DNA from: Flavobacteriales bacterium UBA6772
GTDB lineage: Bacteria > Bacteroidota > Bacteroidia > Flavobacteriales > UBA7430
DNA length: 64,000 bases
Assembly: GCA_905182215.1 (NCBI GenBank)
Contig: CAJJAI010000001.1
Span: 1,081-65,080 of the forward strand
Direction of reading: 5' to 3'
In this document: positions 10,473 to 18,446 of the stretch, one piece after another
Layout: the number at the start of each line of letters is the position of its first letter
Numbering within the stretch: position 1 is the first letter of the stretch
Position numbers and translations under genes: made by a program
The notes under the pieces: model-generated
Seen by the model: only the letters and a program-made list of their open reading frames with translations
Database searches by the model: none
Told to the model about the DNA's origin: nothing

Positions 10473-11276
10473 ATGGGAATTTTCAAACAAGACCCTTTTG
10501 GGCATTATATATTTTTAAAACGCTGGCTAATACAACTGTTGGGTGGCTTGTCTCACAGACGTTATCAAGGTTTTAACAGCATGAATATTGAAGGTTCGGA
10601 GATTATCCGAGAGCTTCCAGAGCGAAACATCCTTTTTGTATCCAATCATCAAACCTATTTTGCGGATGTTACTGCGATGCATCATGTATTTAACGCATCT
10701 CTAAAAGGACGAATAGACAGCATTAAGAATGTTACTTATTTGTGGAACCCCAAAACAAACTTGTATTATGTTGCTGCCACAGAAACTATGGAGTCTGGGA
10801 TATTACCCATGATTATGGCTTATGTAGGGGCGGTTTCTATAAAACGTACTTGGCGCGAAAATGGAGAAACTATCTCTCGAGTAGTAGATGCCAGCGACAC
10901 AGAAAATATTGGCGTGGCACTAAACGATGGTTGGGTTATTACTTTTCCTCAGGGAACCACTAGAGCCTTTAACCCAATTAGAAAAGGAACGGCTCATATT
11001 ATAAAACAATACAAGCCTATTGTAGTGCCTATTGTAATTGATGGCTTTCGTAGATCCTTCGATAAAAAAGGTCTCTTTATTAAGAAAAAGGGAATCTTAC
11101 AATCTATGGTTATTAAAAAACCTTTGGAAATTGATTACGAAAACGATTCTGTAGAAAAAATCGTGGAGCAGTTAGAATACGCCATCGAGCAACATCCTTC
11201 TTTTATTAAAGTGCCCACTGAAGAGTATTTGAAACAGAAAAAAGAAAGAAATAAAAAACGAGAGTTTTGGACATAA
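10473..11276 (+). CDS. Lysophospholipid acyltransferase (PlsC family)
   Basis: NHQTYFAD (HxxxxD) and FPQGT motifs. Confidence 0.88.
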   Translation: MGIFKQDPFGHYIFLKRWLIQLLGGLSHRRYQGFNSMNIEGSEIIRELPERNILFVSNHQTYFADVTAMHHVFNASLKGRIDSIKNVTYLWNPKTNLYYVAATETMESGILPMIMAYVGAVSIKRTWRENGETISRVVDASDTENIGVALNDGWVITFPQGTTRAFNPIRKGTAHIIKQYKPIVVPIVIDGFRRSFDKKGLFIKKKGILQSMVIKKPLEIDYENDSVEKIVEQLEYAIEQHPSFIKVPTEEYLKQKKERNKKREFWT

Positions 11277-11302
11277 AAAAAGCGGCTGATGCCGCTTTTT
11301 TT
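11275..11302. terminator. Bidirectional intrinsic terminator
   Basis: aaaaaaagcggc-tgat-gccgcttttttt. Confidence 0.85.
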
Positions 11303-11534
11303 ATTTGAATAACTTAATCAAACCCGCAATACCTGGGTTGGTATAAGTCTTTCCATCGATTAGAAGAGTAGGAATAATTCGTTTTCCATCGTTTACTTTT
11401 TCTATAAAAGCAATAGCAGTGTCGTTATCGGTTATATCGATGTATTCGAAATCAATATTTTTTGAATTTAAAAATTTCTTTGCTGTTACACAGTCTGAGC
11501 ACCAGTCGGCACCGTAAACTTTTACGTCTTTCAT
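11301..11534 (-). CDS. Glutaredoxin-like protein (NrdH/mycoredoxin-like)
   Basis: YGADWCSDC, YIDI, IPTL..TNP; ATG at 11534 (MKDVKVY) preferred. Confidence 0.85.
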   Translation of the reverse strand: MKDVKVYGADWCSDCVTAKKFLNSKNIDFEYIDITDNDTAIAFIEKVNDGKRIIPTLLIDGKTYTNPGIAGLIKLFK

Positions 11535-11659
11535 ATTCTTGTTTTCTGTTTTTATTACAACAAAAGTACCAAATAATATATTCACTTAATTAGCGTAAAA
11601 ACTATCGGATTTTACTTCTTACATTTTCCGTTCTTCAATATGAATACTTACATTTGGAC

Positions 11660-13477
11660 GTGCCCAAAACCAAAGAACATATAGCTCAATTTTTAAAGAC
11701 CCTGCCTAGTAAGCCTGGGGTGTATCAGTATTTCGATAAGGAAAATACGATTCTTTATGTTGGGAAAGCGAAAAACCTAAAACGTAGAGTGTCTTCTTAT
11801 TTCCATAAGGAACATTCGGATTACGGCAAAACCCGGGTTTTGGTTTCTAAAATAGAGCGTATAGAATATATTATTGTAGCGAGCGAAGTAGATGCTTTAT
11901 TATTAGAGAATAATCTGATAAAAAAACTCCAACCTCGCTATAATGTAATGCTCAAGGACGATAAAACCTACCCTTGGATATGTATTAAGAAAGAGCGTTT
12001 TCCCAGAGTTTTTTCTATTCGTAATGTGGTTAAAGATGGCTCAGAATACTTCGGTCCTTACTCTTCTTCAAAGGCTATGAAAGTACTTTTAGAGCTGATA
12101 AAACAACTCTATCCTTTACGCTCTTGTACCTTTAATTTAAGTGATGAGAACATAGAAAAGGGCAAGTTTAAAGTTTGCTTAGATTACCATATTAAAAAAT
12201 GTTTAGGTGCCTGCGAGGGGTATCAAAGTGAAGAAGATTACAAGGCTTCTATTTCAGAAATTCGCTCTATTTTAAAAGGGAATACACGCAGTATTATTCA
12301 GCTACTAAAAGAGCAGATGCTGGAATTTTCAGCCAATTTAGAGTTTGAAAAAGCACATGAAATAAAAGAGAAATTAAACGCGCTAGAAAATTATCAATCT
12401 AAGTCTACAGTAGTAAGCCCTACGGTACACAATGTAGATGTATACACGATCTTCTCGGATACGGATTCTGCTTATATAAATTATTTCAAGATCATTAATG
12501 GAGCTATTATTCAATCGCATAACCTAGAAATAAAGAAAAAATTAGACGAGGCCGATGTAGATTTATTAACCATGGCAGTTTTGGAAATACGCGAGAAATT
12601 TCATTCTACTACCAAAGAAATAATTCTAAATATTGAAATCATTAGTCCTTGGGAGGAGGTGAGAATTAACGTTCCTCAAAGAGGAGATAAAAAAGCTTTG
12701 GTCGATTTATCCTTGCGAAATGCACAATATATGCGTCAGGAGAAATTAAAGAAAATACAAATTGTAGATCCAGAACGTCATAGCAAAAGAATTTTAGAGC
12801 AAGTACAAAAAGACTTACGCTTAACCGAATTACCAATACAAATAGAGTGTTTCGATAATTCGAATATTCAAGGAACGAATCCAGCTTCGGCATGTGTAGT
12901 TTTTAAAAATGCCAAACCTAGTAAAAAGGATTACCGTCAATTTAACATAAAAACGGTTGACGGACCCGATGACTATGCCTCAATGGAAGAGGTGGTTTAT
13001 CGCCGCTATAAAAGGTTGAAAGAAGAAAACGAACCTTTCCCACAACTCATTATTATAGATGGTGGAAAAGGGCAGCTGAGCTCCTCCTTAAAAGCTTTAG
13101 ACAAATTAGAACTTCGTGGTAAGATTGCCATTGTTGGGATTGCAAAACGCTTGGAAGAAATTTATTTCCCTGGAGATTCGGTGCCACTTTATATCGACAA
13201 ACGCTCGGAGTCTTTAAAGTTGATTCAGTATTTGAGAAATGAGGCACACCGTTTTAGTTTAGCACATCATCGTAATTTAAGATCTAAGTCTGGATTGCAT
13301 TCCGAATTAGACGATATTCCTGGCATAGGACCTAAGTCGAAGGTTGATTTATTGAAGAAGTTTAAGTCAATAAAAAGAATTAAAGAGGCTACCCTAGTAG
13401 AGTTAACCGAAGTATTGGGAAATAGTAAATCTCAAAAACTGAAAAGCTATTTTAAAGATGGAGAAAATAAGAATTGA
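11660..13477 (+). CDS. uvrC: Excinuclease ABC subunit C
   Basis: GIY-YIG (PGVYQY..YVGKAKNL), UVR domain, IECFDNSN, IIDGGKGQ, HhH. GTG at 11660 preferred because the TTG at 11654 lies inside TACATTTG (11649-11656). Confidence 0.96.
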   Translation: MPKTKEHIAQFLKTLPSKPGVYQYFDKENTILYVGKAKNLKRRVSSYFHKEHSDYGKTRVLVSKIERIEYIIVASEVDALLLENNLIKKLQPRYNVMLKDDKTYPWICIKKERFPRVFSIRNVVKDGSEYFGPYSSSKAMKVLLELIKQLYPLRSCTFNLSDENIEKGKFKVCLDYHIKKCLGACEGYQSEEDYKASISEIRSILKGNTRSIIQLLKEQMLEFSANLEFEKAHEIKEKLNALENYQSKSTVVSPTVHNVDVYTIFSDTDSAYINYFKIINGAIIQSHNLEIKKKLDEADVDLLTMAVLEIREKFHSTTKEIILNIEIISPWEEVRINVPQRGDKKALVDLSLRNAQYMRQEKLKKIQIVDPERHSKRILEQVQKDLRLTELPIQIECFDNSNIQGTNPASACVVFKNAKPSKKDYRQFNIKTVDGPDDYASMEEVVYRRYKRLKEENEPFPQLIIIDGGKGQLSSSLKALDKLELRGKIAIVGIAKRLEEIYFPGDSVPLYIDKRSESLKLIQYLRNEAHRFSLAHHRNLRSKSGLHSELDDIPGIGPKSKVDLLKKFKSIKRIKEATLVELTEVLGNSKSQKLKSYFKDGENKN

Positions 13478-13883
13478 TAAATGGCTTTGGACTGTACGGA
13501 TTTTTAAATCGCGTAGCATAGCCACTCAAGCCTGTAAATCGGGAAAGATAAAGGTGAACGCGAGCAAGTGTAAACCAGCACGTAGCGTTTCGGTAAACGA
13601 TTTGATTTCGGTGGATAAAAAAGGCTTGAAACTAGAGTTCAAGATTTTAGAACTACTTAAATCTCGTGTGGGCTTTTCTATCGCTAAAGACTGTTATGAA
13701 GATCAAACCTCTCTGGAGGAAAGAGAGAAATTCCGAGCTTTTCATGGTCGTAGATTGTCTGGTGAAGACAGAGAAATTGGCTTAGGAAGACCGACTAAAA
13801 GAGATCGTAGAGAGCTTGAAGATTTCAAAGATGATGTATGGGAGGATCAAGATTGGTCGTATGATATAGTGGATGATGAGTAA
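13458..13883 (+). CDS. hslR: Ribosome-associated heat shock protein Hsp15 (S4 domain)
   Basis: RIDKWLW.VRIFKSRS.A..AC..GK, GRPTKRDRR. Confidence 0.9.
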   Translation: MEKIRIDKWLWTVRIFKSRSIATQACKSGKIKVNASKCKPARSVSVNDLISVDKKGLKLEFKILELLKSRVGFSIAKDCYEDQTSLEEREKFRAFHGRRLSGEDREIGLGRPTKRDRRELEDFKDDVWEDQDWSYDIVDDE

Positions 13884-13924
13884 CCTTAGGCTATCACAAT
13901 AAGCTATGTCTTTACACCCAAAAT

Positions 13925-15910
13925 ATGTCGGATAAAACCATTTTAACCATTGGGATTATAGCCCATGTAGATGCTGGTAAAACGAGCATTACCGAATCCT
14001 TACTCCATTATTCTGGGGCAACTACCGCCTTGGGTAGTGTAGATAAAGGCTCGGCGATTACCGACGATTTAGCAATGGAGCAAAGAAGAGGGATTTCCAT
14101 AAAAGCCTCCTTCGTAAATTTCTCTTGGAATAATACTTTATTCCAACTAGTTGATACCCCAGGGCATATTGATTTTGCGGCTGAGGTTGATCGCTCTCTT
14201 TCGATATTAGATGCTGTAATATTGGTAGTTTCTGCAAAAGAAGGTGTTCAAGCACACACCATTAACCTTTGGGAGAGCTTGGTGGAGCGAAAACTTCCTG
14301 TGCTCATTTTCTTTAATAAAATTGATAGAGATGGTGTAGATATAGAATCTGTTTTTTTAGATTTCCAAAAGGATTTAGGTGCTAAGCTTTTCGCTTTAAA
14401 TTACCCGGACTTATCGATTCCACAGTCGCCAGAATTAGTAGAATTCACCAATTGTGAAAATTATATCGATTCCATAATTCTTGATAATTCTATGGAGAAT
14501 TTAGCTGAATGTGATGAAAAGTTTCTCGAACAATATATAGATGGTGAAATAACCAATCTAGAACAGGTTTTAGAAAAGGGCAAGCATCATATTCGATCTG
14601 GAACACTTTACCCTGCGCTCTTCGGTAGTGCCAAATTAGGTTTGGGAATAACAGATTTGTTAGACAGTATTTCAAGTTTAGTGCCCATCCAAAAAAGCTA
14701 TTACGCTAGTGTTGCTGCAAAAGTTTTTAAAGTGCAATTCGATGATAAAAAAGGTCGCTTAGCTTATATTAAATCTTATGGACGTTTACTAAAAAGCAAA
14801 GACCTAATACACTCACAGGACTTAGATAAAGACGTTAAAATTAATCAGATCCTTAAGCCTAAACTAGGGTCTTTAGTCCAATGTTCTGAGCTCCATCCTG
14901 GAGAGATAGGCGTGATTACCACTTCCGAACTTATACGATCGGGAGATGTTTTAGGTTCTGAAAACCTTACTGACAAATACTCGAAAATTAGCAATGCCGT
15001 ACTTGGAGTGCAGGTAATGGCAAAGGATGAAAAAGACTATCAAAAATTAGGAGATGCTTTAGAGATCCTCAATATTGAAGATCCAAAATTAGATTTTAAA
15101 TGGTTTAAGGACGAAAAAGAATTTCACCTAAAAATATTAGGACCTATACAAACGGAGGTTCTGAAAGAGAATTTACTAGAGCGATGGGCGATTGAAGCTG
15201 AGTTTCAAACACCCAAAATAATTTATAAAGAAACACCTTCTCAATCTGCCGAAGGTTATGTGCGTTATTGGATGCCCAAGCCTTGTTGGGCTATAATGAC
15301 TTTCTTAGTAGAGCCTACATCACTGGGTACTGGGGTGTTGTTTACATCAAAAGTAAGAACTAGCGATATAAGTACTAAGTATATTAATGAAGTAAAACGA
15401 GCCATTCCTTGGGCTCTAAAACAAGGGATTCATGGTTATGAAGTTACCGATTTATCTATCACACTTATAGAAGGTTCTGAACATACTGATCATTCAAACC
15501 CAGGAGATTTTTTATTGGCTACTCCAATGGGAGTTCTCCGAGGCTTAGAAAATGCCGGAACAGATTTATTAGAACCCATGTATGCTTTCGAAATTAAAGC
15601 AAATCAGGATTTGTTAGGGGCTATTTCTAGCGATTTAAACCAAATGAATGCCCAAATAGATTCTCCTGTTTTCGATACGGATACTTTCACTATTTCGGGT
15701 AGAGTATCTGTTGCTAATGCCATGAATTATTCAATAAAATTTAATGCGACTACTTCTGGAAAAGGGCGTCTTAAGCTGAGTTTAGATGGCTATGAACAAA
15801 CAAATACTACTCCAGATAAAATCAGATCTTATAAAGGCGTTTCCCCACTAAATGAATCCCAATGGATATTACATATGCGCGGTGCTTTTAAAGCTGATGA
15901 ACGATGCTGA
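13925..15910 (+). CDS. TetM/TetO/TetB(P)-like ribosomal-protection-family translation GTPase
   Basis: AHVDAGKTS, RGISI, DTPGHIDF, NKID; 661 aa five-domain EF-G-like layout; LGPIQTEVL, PKPCWA, SNPGDF, C-terminal GVSPL..WIL tail like RPPs rather than EF-G. Confidence 0.82.
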   Translation: MSDKTILTIGIIAHVDAGKTSITESLLHYSGATTALGSVDKGSAITDDLAMEQRRGISIKASFVNFSWNNTLFQLVDTPGHIDFAAEVDRSLSILDAVILVVSAKEGVQAHTINLWESLVERKLPVLIFFNKIDRDGVDIESVFLDFQKDLGAKLFALNYPDLSIPQSPELVEFTNCENYIDSIILDNSMENLAECDEKFLEQYIDGEITNLEQVLEKGKHHIRSGTLYPALFGSAKLGLGITDLLDSISSLVPIQKSYYASVAAKVFKVQFDDKKGRLAYIKSYGRLLKSKDLIHSQDLDKDVKINQILKPKLGSLVQCSELHPGEIGVITTSELIRSGDVLGSENLTDKYSKISNAVLGVQVMAKDEKDYQKLGDALEILNIEDPKLDFKWFKDEKEFHLKILGPIQTEVLKENLLERWAIEAEFQTPKIIYKETPSQSAEGYVRYWMPKPCWAIMTFLVEPTSLGTGVLFTSKVRTSDISTKYINEVKRAIPWALKQGIHGYEVTDLSITLIEGSEHTDHSNPGDFLLATPMGVLRGLENAGTDLLEPMYAFEIKANQDLLGAISSDLNQMNAQIDSPVFDTDTFTISGRVSVANAMNYSIKFNATTSGKGRLKLSLDGYEQTNTTPDKIRSYKGVSPLNESQWILHMRGAFKADERC

Positions 15911-16116
15911 TAGTGGTTTTAATAAATTAACGAGTGATAGAATTCCCTTCTAGCTTTCCTCTATTAAAGAATTTCTAATTACTCCCCCTCAAGGTGCATT
16001 AGCATTTTTACAATTTTTAACAATCCCATCTACTAGATACTAGCTACTAAACAACCAATAAACGCGAATATTTCTTTTCTTTGCGAGACTTATTACTAAC
16101 AGAAAAAAACAATCAG

Positions 16117-18306
16117 ATGTTTAAGAGAATTTTAGTCTTAGCCATGGCAATTCTTTTTGCTGCTCCATCACTAGTGAAAGCAGACGAAGGAATGTGGTTA
16201 CCAATGTTCGTTAAGAGATTGAACGAAGTAGATATGCAAGCTGCAGGTTTGCAATTAACAGCCGAAGAGTTGTACAGTATTAACCATTCTAGTTTAAAAG
16301 ATGCTATCGTAAGTTTTGGTGGTTTCTGTACCGGAGAAATTATCTCTGGAGAAGGTTTAATCCTTACGAATCACCACTGTGGTTATGGCGCTATTCAAGA
16401 CCATTCTACGGTAGAAAATGATTATTTAACCGACGGTTTTTGGGCGATGGATCGCACAGAAGAATTAGGGAATCCAGATTTATTTGTCGATTTCTTATTG
16501 CGTATGGAAGATATGACAGACCGTGTATTGGCTGTTGTAAACGACGAGATGACGGAAGACGAAAGAGCTCAAGCAATTGATGCTGAGATTAAAGTTATTA
16601 AAGCTGAGGTTACAGAAGGAAACGACTACATAGCTAAAGTGAAATCTTTCTTCGAAGGAAATGAATATTATATGTTCGTTTACGAGCGTTTCAACGATAT
16701 CCGTTTAGTAGGTGCACCTCCTTCATCGGTAGGGAAATATGGTGGAGATACCGACAACTGGATGTGGCCACGTCACACAGGAGATTTCTCTATGTTCCGT
16801 GTATATGCAGCTCCAAATGGAACTCCTGCAGCATACGCTGAAGAAAATGTACCGCTTACAAAAGAATTACGCGAGCAAAACGATGCTTTCTACCACCATT
16901 TACCGGTTTCTTTAGAAGGTGTTGCAAACGACGATTATACTATGGTTTGGGGTTACCCAGGTTCAACAGATCGTTTTTTAACTTCTTGGGGAGTTAAACA
17001 AATGTTAGACATAAAAGCACCAACAATCGTTGATATTCGTGCCTTAAAATTAGATGTAATGAAAAAGCATATGAATGCAAACTCTGCAGTTCGTATTCAG
17101 TATGCTGCAAAATATGCTCAAACTGCTAACTACTGGAAGTACTTCATTGGTCAGTCTAAAGGATTAAAACGTTTGAATGTATTTGGAAAGAAACAAGCGA
17201 TTGAAGCAGAGTATACGGCTTTCGCTAATTCTTCTGAAGAAAACAAAGCTAAATACGGTGAAGCACTTACTTTAATTGCTGAAGCTTATGCTGCTATGGA
17301 TGCTACAGAAAAAGGAGCTAATTACCTTTCAGAAGTTGGTATTCGTGGTACAGACGTAGTTTTGTTTGCATTCCGTGCAAAACGTATGATCGATCAGTTA
17401 ATTGAAACTGAAGATGCTGATGAAAAAGCAGGTCTTATAGCTCAGTTAGAAGGATTTGCTGCAGAGCACTTTAAAAATTACGATGCTGCTCTAGACGAAG
17501 AGCAATTCGCTAAGTTATTTGCTAAGTACGAAGCAGAAGTTGATGCTGCACAGCACCCAAGTTTCTTTGCACACGTAAACAAAAAATACAAAGGAGACTT
17601 TGCTAAGTTTGCTGCTAAGATGTATGCTAAATCTTACTTTACAGATGAAGCTCGTTTTGCTGCTTTTATAGCTGCACCTAAAGCGAAAAAACTAGCTAAA
17701 GATTTAGCGGTTATAGCTTCCGGATCTGTAATCCAATCGTACTTCGGTATGGGTTCTGCAAATGCAGAGGCAGATGCTAAATTGGTAAAAGGAAATCGTT
17801 TGTTTGTTGATGGACTTCGCAAGATGAACCCAGAAAAAAACTACTATCCAAATGCGAACTCTACTATGAGAACTACCTTTGGTAAAGTAGGCGATTATGT
17901 TCCTGCTGATGCTGTACAGTACGATTACGTTACTACTTTAGAGGGTGTTATCGAAAAGTACGTTCCTGGAGATCACGAATTTGATTTACCACAAAAATTT
18001 ATCGACTTATACGAAGCTAAAGACTACGGCCAGTATGCTGATAAAGACGGTAAATTGATCGTTAACTTCATTCACAATACAGACATTACAGGTGGTAACT
18101 CAGGTTCTCCGGTAATCAATGCTAAAGGACACCTTATAGGTACTGCATTCGATGGTAACTGGGAAGCTATGAGTGGTGATATCGCTTTCGAACCAGAATT
18201 ACAAAGAACTATATCGTGTGATATTCGTTACGTATTATTTATCGTTGATAAATATGCTGGCGCAACTCACTTAGTAGATGAAATGGACTTAATCAAAGGA
18301 GAATAA
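16117..18306 (+). CDS. dpp7: S46 family dipeptidyl peptidase (DPP7-like)
   Basis: ADEGMWLP, TNHHC, DNWMWPRHTGDF, DITGGNSGSPV; FDGNWE has Gly (DPP7 type) rather than Arg (DPP11 type). Confidence 0.9.
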   Translation: MFKRILVLAMAILFAAPSLVKADEGMWLPMFVKRLNEVDMQAAGLQLTAEELYSINHSSLKDAIVSFGGFCTGEIISGEGLILTNHHCGYGAIQDHSTVENDYLTDGFWAMDRTEELGNPDLFVDFLLRMEDMTDRVLAVVNDEMTEDERAQAIDAEIKVIKAEVTEGNDYIAKVKSFFEGNEYYMFVYERFNDIRLVGAPPSSVGKYGGDTDNWMWPRHTGDFSMFRVYAAPNGTPAAYAEENVPLTKELREQNDAFYHHLPVSLEGVANDDYTMVWGYPGSTDRFLTSWGVKQMLDIKAPTIVDIRALKLDVMKKHMNANSAVRIQYAAKYAQTANYWKYFIGQSKGLKRLNVFGKKQAIEAEYTAFANSSEENKAKYGEALTLIAEAYAAMDATEKGANYLSEVGIRGTDVVLFAFRAKRMIDQLIETEDADEKAGLIAQLEGFAAEHFKNYDAALDEEQFAKLFAKYEAEVDAAQHPSFFAHVNKKYKGDFAKFAAKMYAKSYFTDEARFAAFIAAPKAKKLAKDLAVIASGSVIQSYFGMGSANAEADAKLVKGNRLFVDGLRKMNPEKNYYPNANSTMRTTFGKVGDYVPADAVQYDYVTTLEGVIEKYVPGDHEFDLPQKFIDLYEAKDYGQYADKDGKLIVNFIHNTDITGGNSGSPVINAKGHLIGTAFDGNWEAMSGDIAFEPELQRTISCDIRYVLFIVDKYAGATHLVDEMDLIKGE

Positions 18307-18324
18307 TTACACTCTTTATAATAT

Positions 18325-18356
18325 CAAAAAAGCCGCTCTTTAGAGCGGCTTTTTTG
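18325..18356. terminator. Bidirectional intrinsic terminator
   Basis: caaaaaagccgctct-tt-agagcggcttttttg. Confidence 0.88.
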
Positions 18357-18364
18357 GGTTTATA

Positions 18365-18446
18365 GTCTTCTATAGGTTCAGACTGACACCTCCACAATTG
18401 ACGACATACTAACACAGTTTATTGTCCTCCTGAGCTTGTCGAAGTA
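18365..18446. repeat. REP-like inverted doublet, copy 1
   Basis: Arms gtcttctataggttcagactgac (18365-18387) and gtcctcctgagcttgtcgaagta (18424-18446), 36-bp spacer; homologous to 38415..38498. Confidence 0.65.

Noticed and set aside
13925-15910. Tet-like gene as part of a conjugative transposon or resistance island
   Set aside because: No integrase, relaxase, rte genes, flanking repeats or visible compositional shift.
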